A stretch of 64,000 nt of DNA, taken from NCBI GenBank assembly GCA_963708075.1, contig OY970194.1, forward strand, positions 2,784,001 to 2,848,000, read 5' to 3'. The notes beneath the pieces were generated by a model, which searched no databases, was not told where the DNA came from, and saw only the letters and a program-made list of their open reading frames with translations. Both the position numbers and the translations under genes were made by a program. This document shows, in pieces, positions 19,502 through 30,100 of this stretch. How positions within the stretch are numbered: the first letter of the stretch is position 1; each line of letters begins with the position of its first letter. Origin of the DNA: Sedimentisphaerales bacterium (GTDB lineage Bacteria; Planctomycetota; Phycisphaerae; Sedimentisphaerales; Anaerobacaceae).

Positions 19502-19855
19502 ATGGATAAGCACCGTTTGAACATCTACTTGAGAATCATAGGAATTCCGGTGGCAGCTTTTGCCGCTGTTACTGTGCTCTGCTCTTGGCTTTTTCAATGC
19601 ATCTATCTATATCCTGCTGTCCTTGCAAGTGAGACACTCAAGACGCTGACAGAAGCCATTTTTGGCATGACGATCTTGGGTTCATTTGCGGTGACACTGT
19701 GTGTGATTCTGCGCCGCCATCACCTGTTGCTCGGAAGATCTATTTCAACTCTGGTTAGGATCACGCTCGTACTCCTGATCGTTCTCTCCCTGTTGGGGCT
19801 CACCATGAATATCGCTGTTGCTTTGGCAACGCTGATGCGCATTGTCGGAACGTAG
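19502..19855 (+). CDS. Hypothetical 3-TM membrane protein, AT-richer than its surroundings
   Basis: Open frame with three hydrophobic segments; no family recognised. Confidence 0.5.
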   Translation: MDKHRLNIYLRIIGIPVAAFAAVTVLCSWLFQCIYLYPAVLASETLKTLTEAIFGMTILGSFAVTLCVILRRHHLLLGRSISTLVRITLVLLIVLSLLGLTMNIAVALATLMRIVGT

Positions 19856-19920
19856 CGGGTGCCTCCGGGATGCACAGTGTTGTCCCGCTGGCGTCACAAG
19901 ATCACCCGTTTCAATCCGGC

Positions 19921-21135
19921 CTATTTGGTGCCTTGGTAGGCGCGGACGTAATCGATGTACATGTCGGCCAGGCCGCTGTAGCGGGACAGGTCTACGGGCC
20001 AGCCGCCGCCGGTGGCTAAGTTCACCATGAAGAAGAGGGGCTGCTGTTTAGATAGCGGAAGGGTCGGGTGGCGGCCTACCTCGATGTTGTCGCAATAATA
20101 AATCGTGTCGGTTTCGGTGATCTTGCAGCCGTAGGTGTGAAACGCCTCAAACCAGGTCGAGGGGATGCCGAGCTTGTGCATGCGGACTGGGTTGTGGAGT
20201 CCCTCGTATGCCTTTTTCTCGATGGCCTTGCCTTCGTCGCCCTGATTCCAGCAGTGCGGGACGACCATGTAGCGGTCGCCGGCGTTGGGCGACTTGGGGC
20301 CTTCACCACCGTAGGCTTCGATGATATCCAATTCGTCGCAGGGCGTCTTGTCACGAAGGGGCTCATAGATCGCCATGTAGTTGGTCATGAGCCAGAACGC
20401 CGGCCAGGTGCCGATGGCGTTGGGGCCGAGAAAGCGGCACTCGAAATAGCACGGGGCCGAAGCGGTGATGCCGCTTCCGTCATTCTTGATGGAGCAGATC
20501 AGCCCGGAGCTGTGGGCCTTGTCGCTGGCCCGAATCCGCAGGTACGAGTCGATGTGGGCGAAGGGACTCTTGCGGGAATCGTTGCTCGTGAACGTGTGCA
20601 CGCTGAAGTCCTGCCAGCCATTGGGCGGCTTGTGGTCGTAATAGGTGGCGTTCGGGTCGGTGCTGGAGATGGAGAGCGGTTCGTTGAAATCGTCGGCAAA
20701 GACCAGTCTCATGCCTGCGGCCTGACACGGGTCCTCGGGCAACCCCTCGTTCCAGGACACGCCGCCCTGGTTGTAAAGCTGCAGGTAGCAATTGTCCCTG
20801 GCGTCACGGCTTTGGCCGGTGATTGTCAGCGTGATAGGCCCATGGGGATACTCGTCGGCGGGAAAGACGATGGTCCCCTGCCCCTGATCGTCCATCACGA
20901 CTTGGCCCACGGTGGAGTCTGTCCCGAAGCCTTCGCCCTGCTTCCAGCATCTGACGGTCACAGTCCTGAAGCCGGCGGCTGCTATGACGATGGGTGTGTC
21001 CCCTTGCACGGTGGAGCAATATGGGGGAGAGGTCACCTGCACCATCGCGGACGCCAATCCCCGCACGGGAGTCATCCCGCAGGTCACGAGCAGAAGCAAC
21101 GCCATCAGCGATGTCCGGGCGTGCATGGCAGCCAT
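19921..21135 (-). CDS. Secreted glycoside hydrolase family 16
   Basis: Signal peptide, LVFADDF, WPAFW, ELDIIE catalytic motif, FHTYG, NLATGG.W, IDYVRAY. Confidence 0.85.
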   Translation of the reverse strand: MAAMHARTSLMALLLLVTCGMTPVRGLASAMVQVTSPPYCSTVQGDTPIVIAAAGFRTVTVRCWKQGEGFGTDSTVGQVVMDDQGQGTIVFPADEYPHGPITLTITGQSRDARDNCYLQLYNQGGVSWNEGLPEDPCQAAGMRLVFADDFNEPLSISSTDPNATYYDHKPPNGWQDFSVHTFTSNDSRKSPFAHIDSYLRIRASDKAHSSGLICSIKNDGSGITASAPCYFECRFLGPNAIGTWPAFWLMTNYMAIYEPLRDKTPCDELDIIEAYGGEGPKSPNAGDRYMVVPHCWNQGDEGKAIEKKAYEGLHNPVRMHKLGIPSTWFEAFHTYGCKITETDTIYYCDNIEVGRHPTLPLSKQQPLFFMVNLATGGGWPVDLSRYSGLADMYIDYVRAYQGTK

Positions 21136-22625
21136 CAGTCAGCCCTCCCTGTCAGTTGGGGTTCCTTGGTTGGGCCGAAACCTACGTTCGTCTCGACATT
21201 GCATTGGAGCTCCTGGTCGGAGAACCCCAGGCGGATCGTGGTGATGTACGGGGTTTCGTAGAAGCAGAGCTTGGCCGTGAAGGTGTCATTCGCAGTCCAG
21301 GCGCCGCTGGCCGCCACGGGCTGCTCGGTGATGATGTCGCCGGAGAGGACCGTGTCAAGGCTCCAGGCGATCCGCTCCTTCTGCCACGTGCCGCAGCCGC
21401 AGACGATTCGTCGCTCGGCACCGTTGAATCGGGCGACGAGAGTCACGGCATCGCCTTTCCCACCGCTTTCGAGCGTGATCGCTTCGAGCTTACGGTCATT
21501 GGCGGAGAATACGTACTTCTTGCCTGAGACCTTCACGGGAGACGTGGCGCCTTCCGGCGTGGGCAGTGACAGATACTTCAGGGTGTGTTCGAGTCTCTGC
21601 CTGGCCGCATCATCGGGAGGCAGAGGCGATGCCTTGATCGCCGGCAACAGCTCGTCCCAGACCAGGTTCAGGACGGCCTGCATGTCTTTCACGCCGCTGG
21701 TGATGGCAATTACCGCATCCTGCTCAGGCAGCACGATGCAATACTGGCCGAACGCCCCATCGCCGCGATAGATGCCGTGTCGGCAGCGCCAGAACTGGTA
21801 GCCATAGCCCTGGTCCCAGTCGCTCTGGGGGTTGCTGCCGTTGGAGGTCTGCCGGGCGGTGGCCGCCGCGACCCAGGCCTCGGGGACAAGCTGTCTGCCC
21901 TGCCATCTGCCCTTTTGGAGGTAAAGCTGGCCAAAGCGAGCGATGTCCTCGGTGCGGACGCTCAGGCCGTAACCGCCGGTGGTGATACCTTGCGGGCTGG
22001 CTTCCCAGGTCGGGTGCTCGATGCCCAGAGGCTCAAACAGTCGCGGCCGCAGGTAATCGAGGATGGTCTGCCCGGTGGCCTTCTGGACGATGGCAGAGAG
22101 CATATATGTCCCCGAGGTGTTGTAGAGGAAATGGGTCCCGGGCTTGAACGGGACGGGATGGGCAAGGAACGCCCTGGTCCAGGGCTGACCCGCGGGGCGG
22201 GGCGGTTCGGTCTGATGACCCGTGGACATTCGGAGCAGGTCGCTGACCCGCATCGCCTTGAGGTTGCCGCTCGGCTCGGCTGGGGCGTCCTCGGGGAAGA
22301 ACTTGAGCACCTCGTCGTCCAGGCTGAGCTTGCCCTCCGCGATGGCCAGCCCTACCGCCGTGGATGTGAAACTCTTGCTCAGCGAATACAGGGAATGGGG
22401 AGACCCGGGGTTGTAGGGTGCCCACCAGCCCTCGGCGACCACGTAGCCGTGACGCAGGAGCATGAAACTATTCATGGACTCGATATGCTTATCGGCCGCC
22501 TCGACAAAGGACAGGACAGCCGAGGAAGAGACCCCCTGGGCCTCCGGGCTGCTGCGTGGCAAGCCTGCCCCAACGCAAATTGAGCTACTGGCGATCATCA
22601 GCGCGGTAATGCAAAGAGTCTTCAT
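21135..22625 (-). CDS. Serine hydrolase, beta-lactamase class C-like
   Basis: YSLSKS (SxxK), F.YN, GYGYQFW, RGDGAFGQ. Confidence 0.9.
   Translation of the reverse strand: MKTLCITALMIASSSICVGAGLPRSSPEAQGVSSSAVLSFVEAADKHIESMNSFMLLRHGYVVAEGWWAPYNPGSPHSLYSLSKSFTSTAVGLAIAEGKLSLDDEVLKFFPEDAPAEPSGNLKAMRVSDLLRMSTGHQTEPPRPAGQPWTRAFLAHPVPFKPGTHFLYNTSGTYMLSAIVQKATGQTILDYLRPRLFEPLGIEHPTWEASPQGITTGGYGLSVRTEDIARFGQLYLQKGRWQGRQLVPEAWVAAATARQTSNGSNPQSDWDQGYGYQFWRCRHGIYRGDGAFGQYCIVLPEQDAVIAITSGVKDMQAVLNLVWDELLPAIKASPLPPDDAARQRLEHTLKYLSLPTPEGATSPVKVSGKKYVFSANDRKLEAITLESGGKGDAVTLVARFNGAERRIVCGCGTWQKERIAWSLDTVLSGDIITEQPVAASGAWTANDTFTAKLCFYETPYITTIRLGFSDQELQCNVETNVGFGPTKEPQLTGRAD
21321..21368 (-). repeat. 48-bp coding segment, copy 2 (inverted copy of 11410-11457)
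   Basis: Minus strand reads GCCTGGAGCCTTGACACGGTCCTCTCCGGCGACATCATCACCGAGCAG. Confidence 0.95.
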
Positions 22626-22792
22626 GCCTGCAACCTCACAAAATGAGTTCCATCGTCCGCCCGGGGGTCGTCACCCCCGGCTTTCGGTCGAACGAGACCA
22701 TTGTAGAAGCAAGCCACTGGAAGGGCAAAAGGGAAACCTGGGCAAAGGGTCCGGGTGCGCTGCGTAAGATCGTGTGGAGCCAGGCCGGCTGA

Positions 22793-22966
22793 TCACTGGC
22801 CGCTGTATGTGATTGGCTTCGCTTTCCAATCCACGAAATAGGTCAGGTCCACGCCCACACTCGGATCGAGCCCGCCATTGTCGGGCAGCTCGGACGTGGC
22901 ACCGGACGCGCCGAAATTGCCGAGCGGATACGACGGTCGGTCGGTATCGCCCCAGAATCCATAGTC
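22793..22966 (-). pseudogene. Start-less gene remnant (57 codons)
   Basis: Reads DYGFWGDTDRPSYPLGNFGASGATSELPDNGGLDPSVGVDLTYFVDWKAKPITYSGQ* with host-like GC3; in-frame TAG immediately upstream; absent from the ORF track. Confidence 0.55.
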
Positions 22967-23262
22967 CTATGGTACGGGCAGAACGGCGGGAAAACAAACC
23001 GCAATCTCCACAGGCCACAGGAGACAAATACACGCGACACCCTGAAGGCAGACGGCGCCTCCGGTGGGTCAATCGACGAAATCGAACTGAGTACATCCCT
23101 CCGTGCTCGCCTTCGCAGCTTTCGTGCCCCCCATCTTCACGGGCCGTGGGGTGATCCAATTATGCAAAACAAAGTCAATCGTTTCGCAATTGGCGGAGCA
23201 ATCACGTATAATCGCCGGCAGGTAGTCTGGTTAGTGGTCGGCGTTCAAGTTGCAGGGAAGTT

Positions 23263-24435
23263 ATGACGGATGGCATTTCGCTGCCGGAGCGTGTTTCGCA
23301 CGTGAAGGTGGATGGCAAAGACGTGTACCTGGTGGGTACGGCCCACCTGTCACAGGAAAGCGTGCAGGATGTCCGGACAACGGTCGAGCAGGTGCGGCCG
23401 CAGACGATCTGCGTGGAGTTGTGCAAGTCCAGGCACCAGGCAATCACCGAGGCGGACGCATGGAGCAAGATGGACATCTTCAAGGTGATCCGCCAGAGAA
23501 AGGCCATGTTCCTGCTGGCCCAGTTGATCATGAGCTCGTTCTACCGCCGGCTCGGTGAGAAGCTGGGCATCCAGCCGGGGGCGGAGATGATCGAAGGCAT
23601 CCGCCTGGCCGAGGAAACCAAGGCTGAGCTCGTCCTGGCCGACCGCGATATCGAGATCACCCTCAAGCGAGTCTGGGGATATCTGGGCTTCTGGAGCAAA
23701 CTCAAGCTCGCCATGCAGCTTACGGTGGGAATCTTCGTTCAGGACGAGATCGACGCGGACACGATCGAGGTCCTCAAGCAAAAAGACCAGCTTGAGGGCA
23801 TCATGGCGGAGTTCGCCGGCAAATTCCCGGAGATCAAGAAACGCCTGATCGATGAGCGGGACACGTGCCTGGCGCAGAAGATTCGCAACGCGCCCGGCCA
23901 GACCGTGGTGGCCGTCGTTGGGGCGGGCCATGTGAACGGCATCATGAGCCAGATTCAGCAGGACCACGATCTTACAGAGCTGATGGAGTTGCCGCCCAAG
24001 TCGATCTGGCCGAAGATCGCGGGCTGGGGTGTGCCGCTGCTGATCGTGGCGATGCTCGCCTACAGTTTTCGAGAGGGAGCGGAGAGCGGCTTCAAGAATA
24101 TTTACATCTGGATCCTCGTCACGGGCAGCCTGTCCGCCGCGGGCGCTGCACTGGCCCTGGCTCATCCCTTGACGATCATCTCGGCGTTTCTGGCGGCGCC
24201 GATCACAACGCTGCACCCGCTGCTGGCCGCCGGCTGGATCGCCGGACTTGTACAAGCGTTCATCAAGAAACCCCGCGTCGGCGATCTCGAAGACCTGCCG
24301 AATGCGATTGCGACGCTTAAAGGCTTCTGGACCAATCCCGTGATCCGCATCCTGCTGGTCGTCGCCTTGGCGAATATCGGCAGCGCCATCGGCATGTACG
24401 TCGCCGGCTTCTGGATCGGCGCCCGCTCCGTCTGA
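23263..24435 (+). CDS. TraB/GumN (pheromone-shutdown TraB) family membrane protein
   Basis: LVGTAHLS, VELC..R, PGAEM, LADRDI..TLKR, LIDERD, VVGAGH, C-terminal TM helices. Confidence 0.9.
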   Translation: MTDGISLPERVSHVKVDGKDVYLVGTAHLSQESVQDVRTTVEQVRPQTICVELCKSRHQAITEADAWSKMDIFKVIRQRKAMFLLAQLIMSSFYRRLGEKLGIQPGAEMIEGIRLAEETKAELVLADRDIEITLKRVWGYLGFWSKLKLAMQLTVGIFVQDEIDADTIEVLKQKDQLEGIMAEFAGKFPEIKKRLIDERDTCLAQKIRNAPGQTVVAVVGAGHVNGIMSQIQQDHDLTELMELPPKSIWPKIAGWGVPLLIVAMLAYSFREGAESGFKNIYIWILVTGSLSAAGAALALAHPLTIISAFLAAPITTLHPLLAAGWIAGLVQAFIKKPRVGDLEDLPNAIATLKGFWTNPVIRILLVVALANIGSAIGMYVAGFWIGARSV

Positions 24436-24452
24436 CCGAAGCACGCGTGCAG

Positions 24453-25868
24453 TTACGGCTTGATGGCGCGGTTATAGATGCGAATATCGTCGATCAGGCC
24501 TGACCAAAATGTGGCGGAGCTCAGGTCGCTGCCAACTCCGATAAAGAGCCCGTTGGTTGAGGTCCTCAACTTGGCGAGCTTCCGTGTGTCGGCGGCTGCC
24601 TCCCGGCCGTCCACGTAAAGGTAGCGGCACGAGCCGTCCCAGACCAGGCGGACCTGGTGCCAGGCTCCGTCGGTGACGCACTCGGTTGAAACGAGCGGGC
24701 GTGTGAAGCGGCCGCCGTCGGTCAGAGTCGTCATCAGCATGCCTGTTGCGGTATCTGTGCCAAGCCAGATTTGGCTGGTGCCGGACTGTTCCGACTGGGA
24801 GACAATCGCCCCGCCGGGCTGCACGCTCTTGATCCAGGCGAAGACCGTAAATGGGCCATCGGCCGGATTGAGGACGTTGCCGACGGTCACGTGGTCGTCT
24901 ATGCCGTCGAGCTCCAGCGCCCCGCCGATGCTGCCCCCCTGCGGCTGCCAGACGGGTGAGCCGTGCACCGTGCCCTCAAAATGCCTGAGCCTGTCAGCGG
25001 CAACCAGGCCCTCGATCTCGTCGAGGGGCCAGTGGGCCACGAGGCCCGGACACATCAGCCAGTACCTGCCCAGGCCCGCAAGGTCCGCCCAGGAGACGAT
25101 GCCGTCGGCCTCGGCCGGTGCAATATCGAGAGCGGGCTCCTGTGCTCCCCACTGCTGCGCCAGCTTCGCGAAATCAATGAGATTCAGGACTCCATCCTGG
25201 TTGAAATCGGGCAGGAAGCGCACGCCCAGCAGGTACGGGGCGATGGTCTGGGCCATAATGCCGGCGCCTTCAGCATTCGGATGGATAGCGTCTGGAAACA
25301 ATTTCCCATAGTCCGCCAAGGCCGCATACAAGTCGATCACAGGCACGCCCTTCGTCGCGCCAATCTCGTCGATCATCGGCAGGATCTCGTCATGGATCAC
25401 TGCGGGGCGGATGGTGAAGCTCTCCCCGAAGGCGGGCACGGGCTTGCAGATCCAGACTTGCGGCCGGCTGGGCAAGTTCCGGAAGACGTCGATCATCGCG
25501 CAGTAATCCGAGATGAAACTCGCTTTGTATTGCCAGTTTTGCGGCTTGGAATCATTCGTGCCGAGCTTGATGATCACCACATCCGGGTTGCACGTCCGGG
25601 CGCTGACGTACGCGCTCTGGCGGATGTAAGGCAAGTCCCCCCTGCTCAGGAGCGTCGCTCCGCTGACGCCATAGTTGTCCACTCGCCACGTGGGTTCATA
25701 CTCCTGCAGGATTCGCTGCAGTTGGGCGGGGTAACTGTCATTCAGCCGGTTGGCGATCCCGGCTCCGTACGTGATGCTGTCCCCCACGCACGCGACGAGC
25801 TTCGCCGCCGCCGTCAGGGCGCAAAGGTGGATCAGGGACATCGCCGCCAGAAGCATTTTCGTTCTCAT
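24453..25868 (-). CDS. Secreted GDSL/SGNH esterase fused to dockerin-like and LamG domains
   Basis: VGDSIT, GVSG, LGTND, DAIHPN; DFNQDG.LNL.DF; LVAHW.LDE ... IDDIRIYN. Confidence 0.88.
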   Translation of the reverse strand: MRTKMLLAAMSLIHLCALTAAAKLVACVGDSITYGAGIANRLNDSYPAQLQRILQEYEPTWRVDNYGVSGATLLSRGDLPYIRQSAYVSARTCNPDVVIIKLGTNDSKPQNWQYKASFISDYCAMIDVFRNLPSRPQVWICKPVPAFGESFTIRPAVIHDEILPMIDEIGATKGVPVIDLYAALADYGKLFPDAIHPNAEGAGIMAQTIAPYLLGVRFLPDFNQDGVLNLIDFAKLAQQWGAQEPALDIAPAEADGIVSWADLAGLGRYWLMCPGLVAHWPLDEIEGLVAADRLRHFEGTVHGSPVWQPQGGSIGGALELDGIDDHVTVGNVLNPADGPFTVFAWIKSVQPGGAIVSQSEQSGTSQIWLGTDTATGMLMTTLTDGGRFTRPLVSTECVTDGAWHQVRLVWDGSCRYLYVDGREAAADTRKLAKLRTSTNGLFIGVGSDLSSATFWSGLIDDIRIYNRAIKP

Positions 25869-25978
25869 TTCCTCACTCCTGTTCATGAAGAAGCCGTGAT
25901 GAAAAGCGCACAGGCAAGCAGGACCGGCCCACTCCGGAGAATCCCGGTGCCTCATCCGGGCGATCGGTTCTGCCGCCG

Positions 25979-27067
25979 CTATTCTACCTTTCTTGCGGCG
26001 GGCATGGGAAGAGGGTTCTGATCGTTTGCGGGGACATGGGACGCCGAGTGACCCGTGGCGTCCGAGCTTGGGAAAGGCAGGATCTGGGCTCGCGAGACAG
26101 GCGGGTCGGCCGGTGCATCAGTATCTTCAACTTTGACTTTCACTTTCGGCTGTGTCTTCCAGCGGCGGTGCAGCCACCAGTACTGGGTTGGGTCCTCCCG
26201 CACGAAATCCTCGATGGCTTTCGTGTACTCGGCGGTGATCCATTCGAGGGGGTTTTCCTTGTCGGCCCACTCCTCTGGAAGAATCAGCCGGGTGCGCTTG
26301 AACTCAAAGAAGAACCGATTGTCGATCCTGCGGCAGTAACCGACCGCGATGGGCAGGTTGTACGTGATGGCCAGAAGGCCGATGCTCTTGTACGTACTGG
26401 CCTTTCGGCCGAAGAAATCGACGAAGATGCCCTTCCTGCCGGCGTCCTGATCCGCGATGAAACCGAGCGTGCTGCCCCTGCGTATGATCTCGGGCATGAG
26501 CGTCGCGGCGCCTTTTTTGTCGATCAGTTTCAGTCCCCGGCGTTGCCGAACGCCGTACAGGTAGCGGTTCAGGTACTTGTTGTCGAGCGGCCGGGCTACG
26601 CTGTAGCTGTCGAAACTGAAGAGCCCCATCAGGTAGCCGATGATCTCGAAATTGCCGTAATGGCCCGTGACCATGATCAGCCCCTTGCGCTCCTTCATCA
26701 GCCACTTGATATACTCCGCGTTCTTGAATCGCGAGTAACGCCGCCAGTTGTGCTTGTTGACCAGGCGGGGCGTGAACAGCACATCGATCGTCAGCATGAC
26801 GATGCTCTCGAAGCTCCGCCGGCCCGTTTCCTGAATCCATTCCTCGCTCTTCTCGGGGAAGCTGGCGCGGAGGTTCTCCAAGGCCCTCTGGCGGCCCCGA
26901 GGATAGTATTTCCACAATAGCCGGCCCAGGAAACGGGCAGTTCTCAGGTTCGTCTCGATGTTGAAGAGGGACAGGAAGACTACGAGGACCCGGACGGCCA
27001 CATAGAGCAGCCAATCGAGGAACGGATGATGCTTTTTCTTCTTCTTACGAACAGGATCGTCAGCCAT
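25979..27067 (-). CDS. Lipid A/lysophospholipid acyltransferase (LpxL/HtrB family)
   Basis: TGHYGNFE, RPLDN, IADQD, VDFFG, P.QYWWLHRRWK. Confidence 0.88.
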   Translation of the reverse strand: MADDPVRKKKKKHHPFLDWLLYVAVRVLVVFLSLFNIETNLRTARFLGRLLWKYYPRGRQRALENLRASFPEKSEEWIQETGRRSFESIVMLTIDVLFTPRLVNKHNWRRYSRFKNAEYIKWLMKERKGLIMVTGHYGNFEIIGYLMGLFSFDSYSVARPLDNKYLNRYLYGVRQRRGLKLIDKKGAATLMPEIIRRGSTLGFIADQDAGRKGIFVDFFGRKASTYKSIGLLAITYNLPIAVGYCRRIDNRFFFEFKRTRLILPEEWADKENPLEWITAEYTKAIEDFVREDPTQYWWLHRRWKTQPKVKVKVEDTDAPADPPVSRAQILPFPSSDATGHSASHVPANDQNPLPMPAARKVE

Positions 27068-27075
27068 AGTCCATG

Positions 27076-27103
27076 ATTGTACGGGCATGACCGGGTTTGT
27101 CAA
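27076..27103 (-). promoter_or_regulatory. Sigma70-type promoter TTGACA-N16-TACAAT
   Basis: Near-consensus boxes; ATG of the acyltransferase lies 8 nt after the -10 box. Confidence 0.65.
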
Positions 27104-27192
27104 GATAGGGAAAGAGCCGGAGAAGCGTCACTCCCCCGGCTCTTGATAATCCGTCTCCATGCCGCAAGTCGCAGCGAGACTCCGGTTGAGGA

Positions 27193-30100
27193 TTAGAACG
27201 ATGGGCGAGGCGCCAGGCTCGCCTCGGCTGTGCCACCATAGACGCCTATGTTGATCCGCAGATTGGGGCCTGAGCGGTCCCACAGAGGACTTCCCTCTTC
27301 GCTCTTGGGTTCTTGGTCGAACGACAGGCTTGGATCGCCCATATCGATGCACGGACTGGTCACTTGATACGAGGTCCAGATCCCCTGGGTCACATCCCAT
27401 GTCCAGCCCTTGCTCTTGAGATGATAGTCGCCGGGAATCCATTTGACCCCGGGGTCGCCCGGATTGGGAGCGGCGGTCCTGTTGGCAGGATTGGCCCAGT
27501 GGCCGGAGGCCACGAAAAGCGGATCGGCGTCGATGTTGCTGTCGCCGGGCCAGCCGCCCTGGATATCGCTGTACGTCAGAACAGAGGTCGCGTCAACCTT
27601 GAGATTCTGGCCGCCCGCATTGTTGAAGTAGATGATGGAGCTGTTGGCGTTCAACAACATGCCGTTGACGCCGTAGCCGAGATTCTCAGCGATGGTGCAG
27701 TTCTGCATCGTGGGCCTGCCGCCCCAGATGCCGTCCTTGCGATTGCCGGCGATCAGACAGTTCTGAAGCGTCGCCCGGTTGACGCGGGTGAATCTGCCGC
27801 CGCGCTGCTCCCACATCTCCACTCCTGTACCGTTGCCTGTGATCTCGCTGCGCATGATCGTGGGAGTCGCCTGGTCCCAGAGCTTGATGCCCGCGCAGGT
27901 GTTGTTGACGATCGCGCAATTGGAAATCATGGGCGAGGAGGCTCCGCAATAGACACCGAAGCTTCCGCCGGAGACGGTGAAGCCGGAGAGCACGGAATTG
28001 CTGTCCTCGCCATCCGCAAACGTCACAAGCTGGCCTGAGCCCTCGATAACGGTAGCGGCCCGCACTCGCCGGTCCTGGGGATTGGTCGATGTGACTGTCA
28101 CGTCTTTTCCGCGGAAGATCAGCTTCTCGGGATATGTCCCTTCCTGCGCCACGATCGTGTCGCCGGCTGCCGCCGCATCGACGGCGTGCTGGATGTAGTC
28201 ATAGGATGTCCCCGTGCCCAGGTTCTGAACGGGACCATCGGCCACCTCGTAGGCAAACTCCAGGGAAAGGCTCTGGATACGCTCCCACTGCGGCCAGGCA
28301 ATCGTTGTGCCGTCAATCGTCGGCCCGGTGCCGTAGTACCACGAATAGTCCTCCCCCTCAAGCGGCGGCAGCACAAAGGGCACGATACCGTACTCTCGGG
28401 AAATGGAGCAGGCGTAGATCTCGCCGCCCGACTCGCTGCCAACGCTGAAGACGATCAGGGTTCCATCGATGTCCGGCTGCAACTGCCAGCCTGGCCCGGC
28501 GAAGACCTTGAACTCGCGAATCGCCTCAGGATTGGAGATGTCCGCGCCGTAGATATCGCCTATATCATCCCGTTCATCCGTCCACACAACCGTGCGGCCG
28601 GAGATCGCCGGGTCGTATTGTCGCTCCGGCGCGGTGCAGATTGGGAACGTCTTGATGTGATCCAGGTCAGAGATGTCCGCTCCAAGAATGTCGCCACTGC
28701 TCTCCCACACGACGATGTTGCCTGAGATGTCGAGCATATCCGTACGGGCGTTGTCGAAGTTACTATAGGGGTATGGGGGACAGCGTCCGGCCTGCTCGGC
28801 GATGGTGAAGTAAACCGGCTTGGCAGGATTCGTAACATCTGCCCCGCAGATGTCGTAGGGCGTCAGATCGTACCGGGTGTAGTCTCGCGTGTTTACGTTA
28901 TGATGTTCCAGCCACACGACCTTGTTGCCGGAAATGTTCGGATAGCCGAACGATTCAGTCGCGGTGCCCATACGCAGGTACTGCGGCTGCCCGCCGGCCA
29001 GGTCGACCAGGAACACGCTGGTGCAGACGGGCTCCCAATCGGCGCTGGGGCCACCCGACCAGACGATCAGGTTGCCGTCTATCTTCGGCATGGTGTCGAT
29101 TCCGCCGCCCTCGAATTCATCGAACTTGCCGGTCCTCGTGTCCTTGCAGTGGATCGCCCAGGAGCTGGCCTGCCAGTCCCCCGTCGCGTAGACGATCCTC
29201 GTCCCCGAGACGACAGGATAGAAGAAAGATCCCTGCTGGTAGTCCGTCATCATGACTGGCCTGGCGCTGAGTGTAAATGAGGAAGCCTGGAGCTTCACGG
29301 TGTCAGGCTCACTGGAGACGAACCCATCGCTGACCACGAGCTGAAATTCGTAAATGCCCGGTCTGTGGCATTCGAAATAGGGAGTCGCGGAATGAGCGTT
29401 CCGGAGCATCACATCAGGTCCGTCGATCTGGGTCCAGGTGTAGACAAGCTGATCCGGCGGATCGGCGTCACGCGATGCAGAGCCATCCAGGTCGATGCGC
29501 GCCGGAATGGCCAGCAACGAGTCCGGTCCCGCATTGGCGACAGGAGGCACGTTGCCAACGATGACGAGAACCTCATCCGGGTTACTGGTGTATTGGCCGT
29601 CGCCGACGATCAACTGGAACCTGTACCAGCCTTGGGCAGGCGGTGTAAACACCGATTGGGTAACTGTGGCATCACTGAGCTCTACGGCAGTCCCCTCTTT
29701 CTGCGTCCACTGGAAGGTCCTGGCGCCGTTCGGATCGGAGAAGTAACTGTTCCCGCCGTCCAGCGTGATCGGTTCGGGAGCCAGCACGTGCTGGTCTGCG
29801 CCGGCATCGGCTAACGGCTTGACGTACCCGATGTACTCATCCGCGCCGACGTCCACCCGCATGGCGAATACACGAGGGTCCCGGTCGATATCCTGAGCGC
29901 CCGAGGCAGGAATGGCCGTCGGGTCACCCGCGCTGATACAAGGCGAGCCGGGGCTGATCCGATAGTTGTTGTTCCATACATCCACGAAAAGCGGATCCTC
30001 GGAGATATTGCCAAACAGCCCCGTCCAATCGACGTTCTCACCAAAGGTCAGCTCGCGGGTGCGAGGGTCTTGCGACCCGTAGTTGCCCGGTGCATTGTTC

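Noticed and set aside
11410..21368. Diversity-generating retroelement (TR/VR pair) as the explanation of the 48-bp repeat
   Set aside because: Mismatches (G/A, C/T, A/C) are not confined to adenines of one copy, the repeat is short and inside an intact enzyme gene, and no reverse transcriptase is in the window
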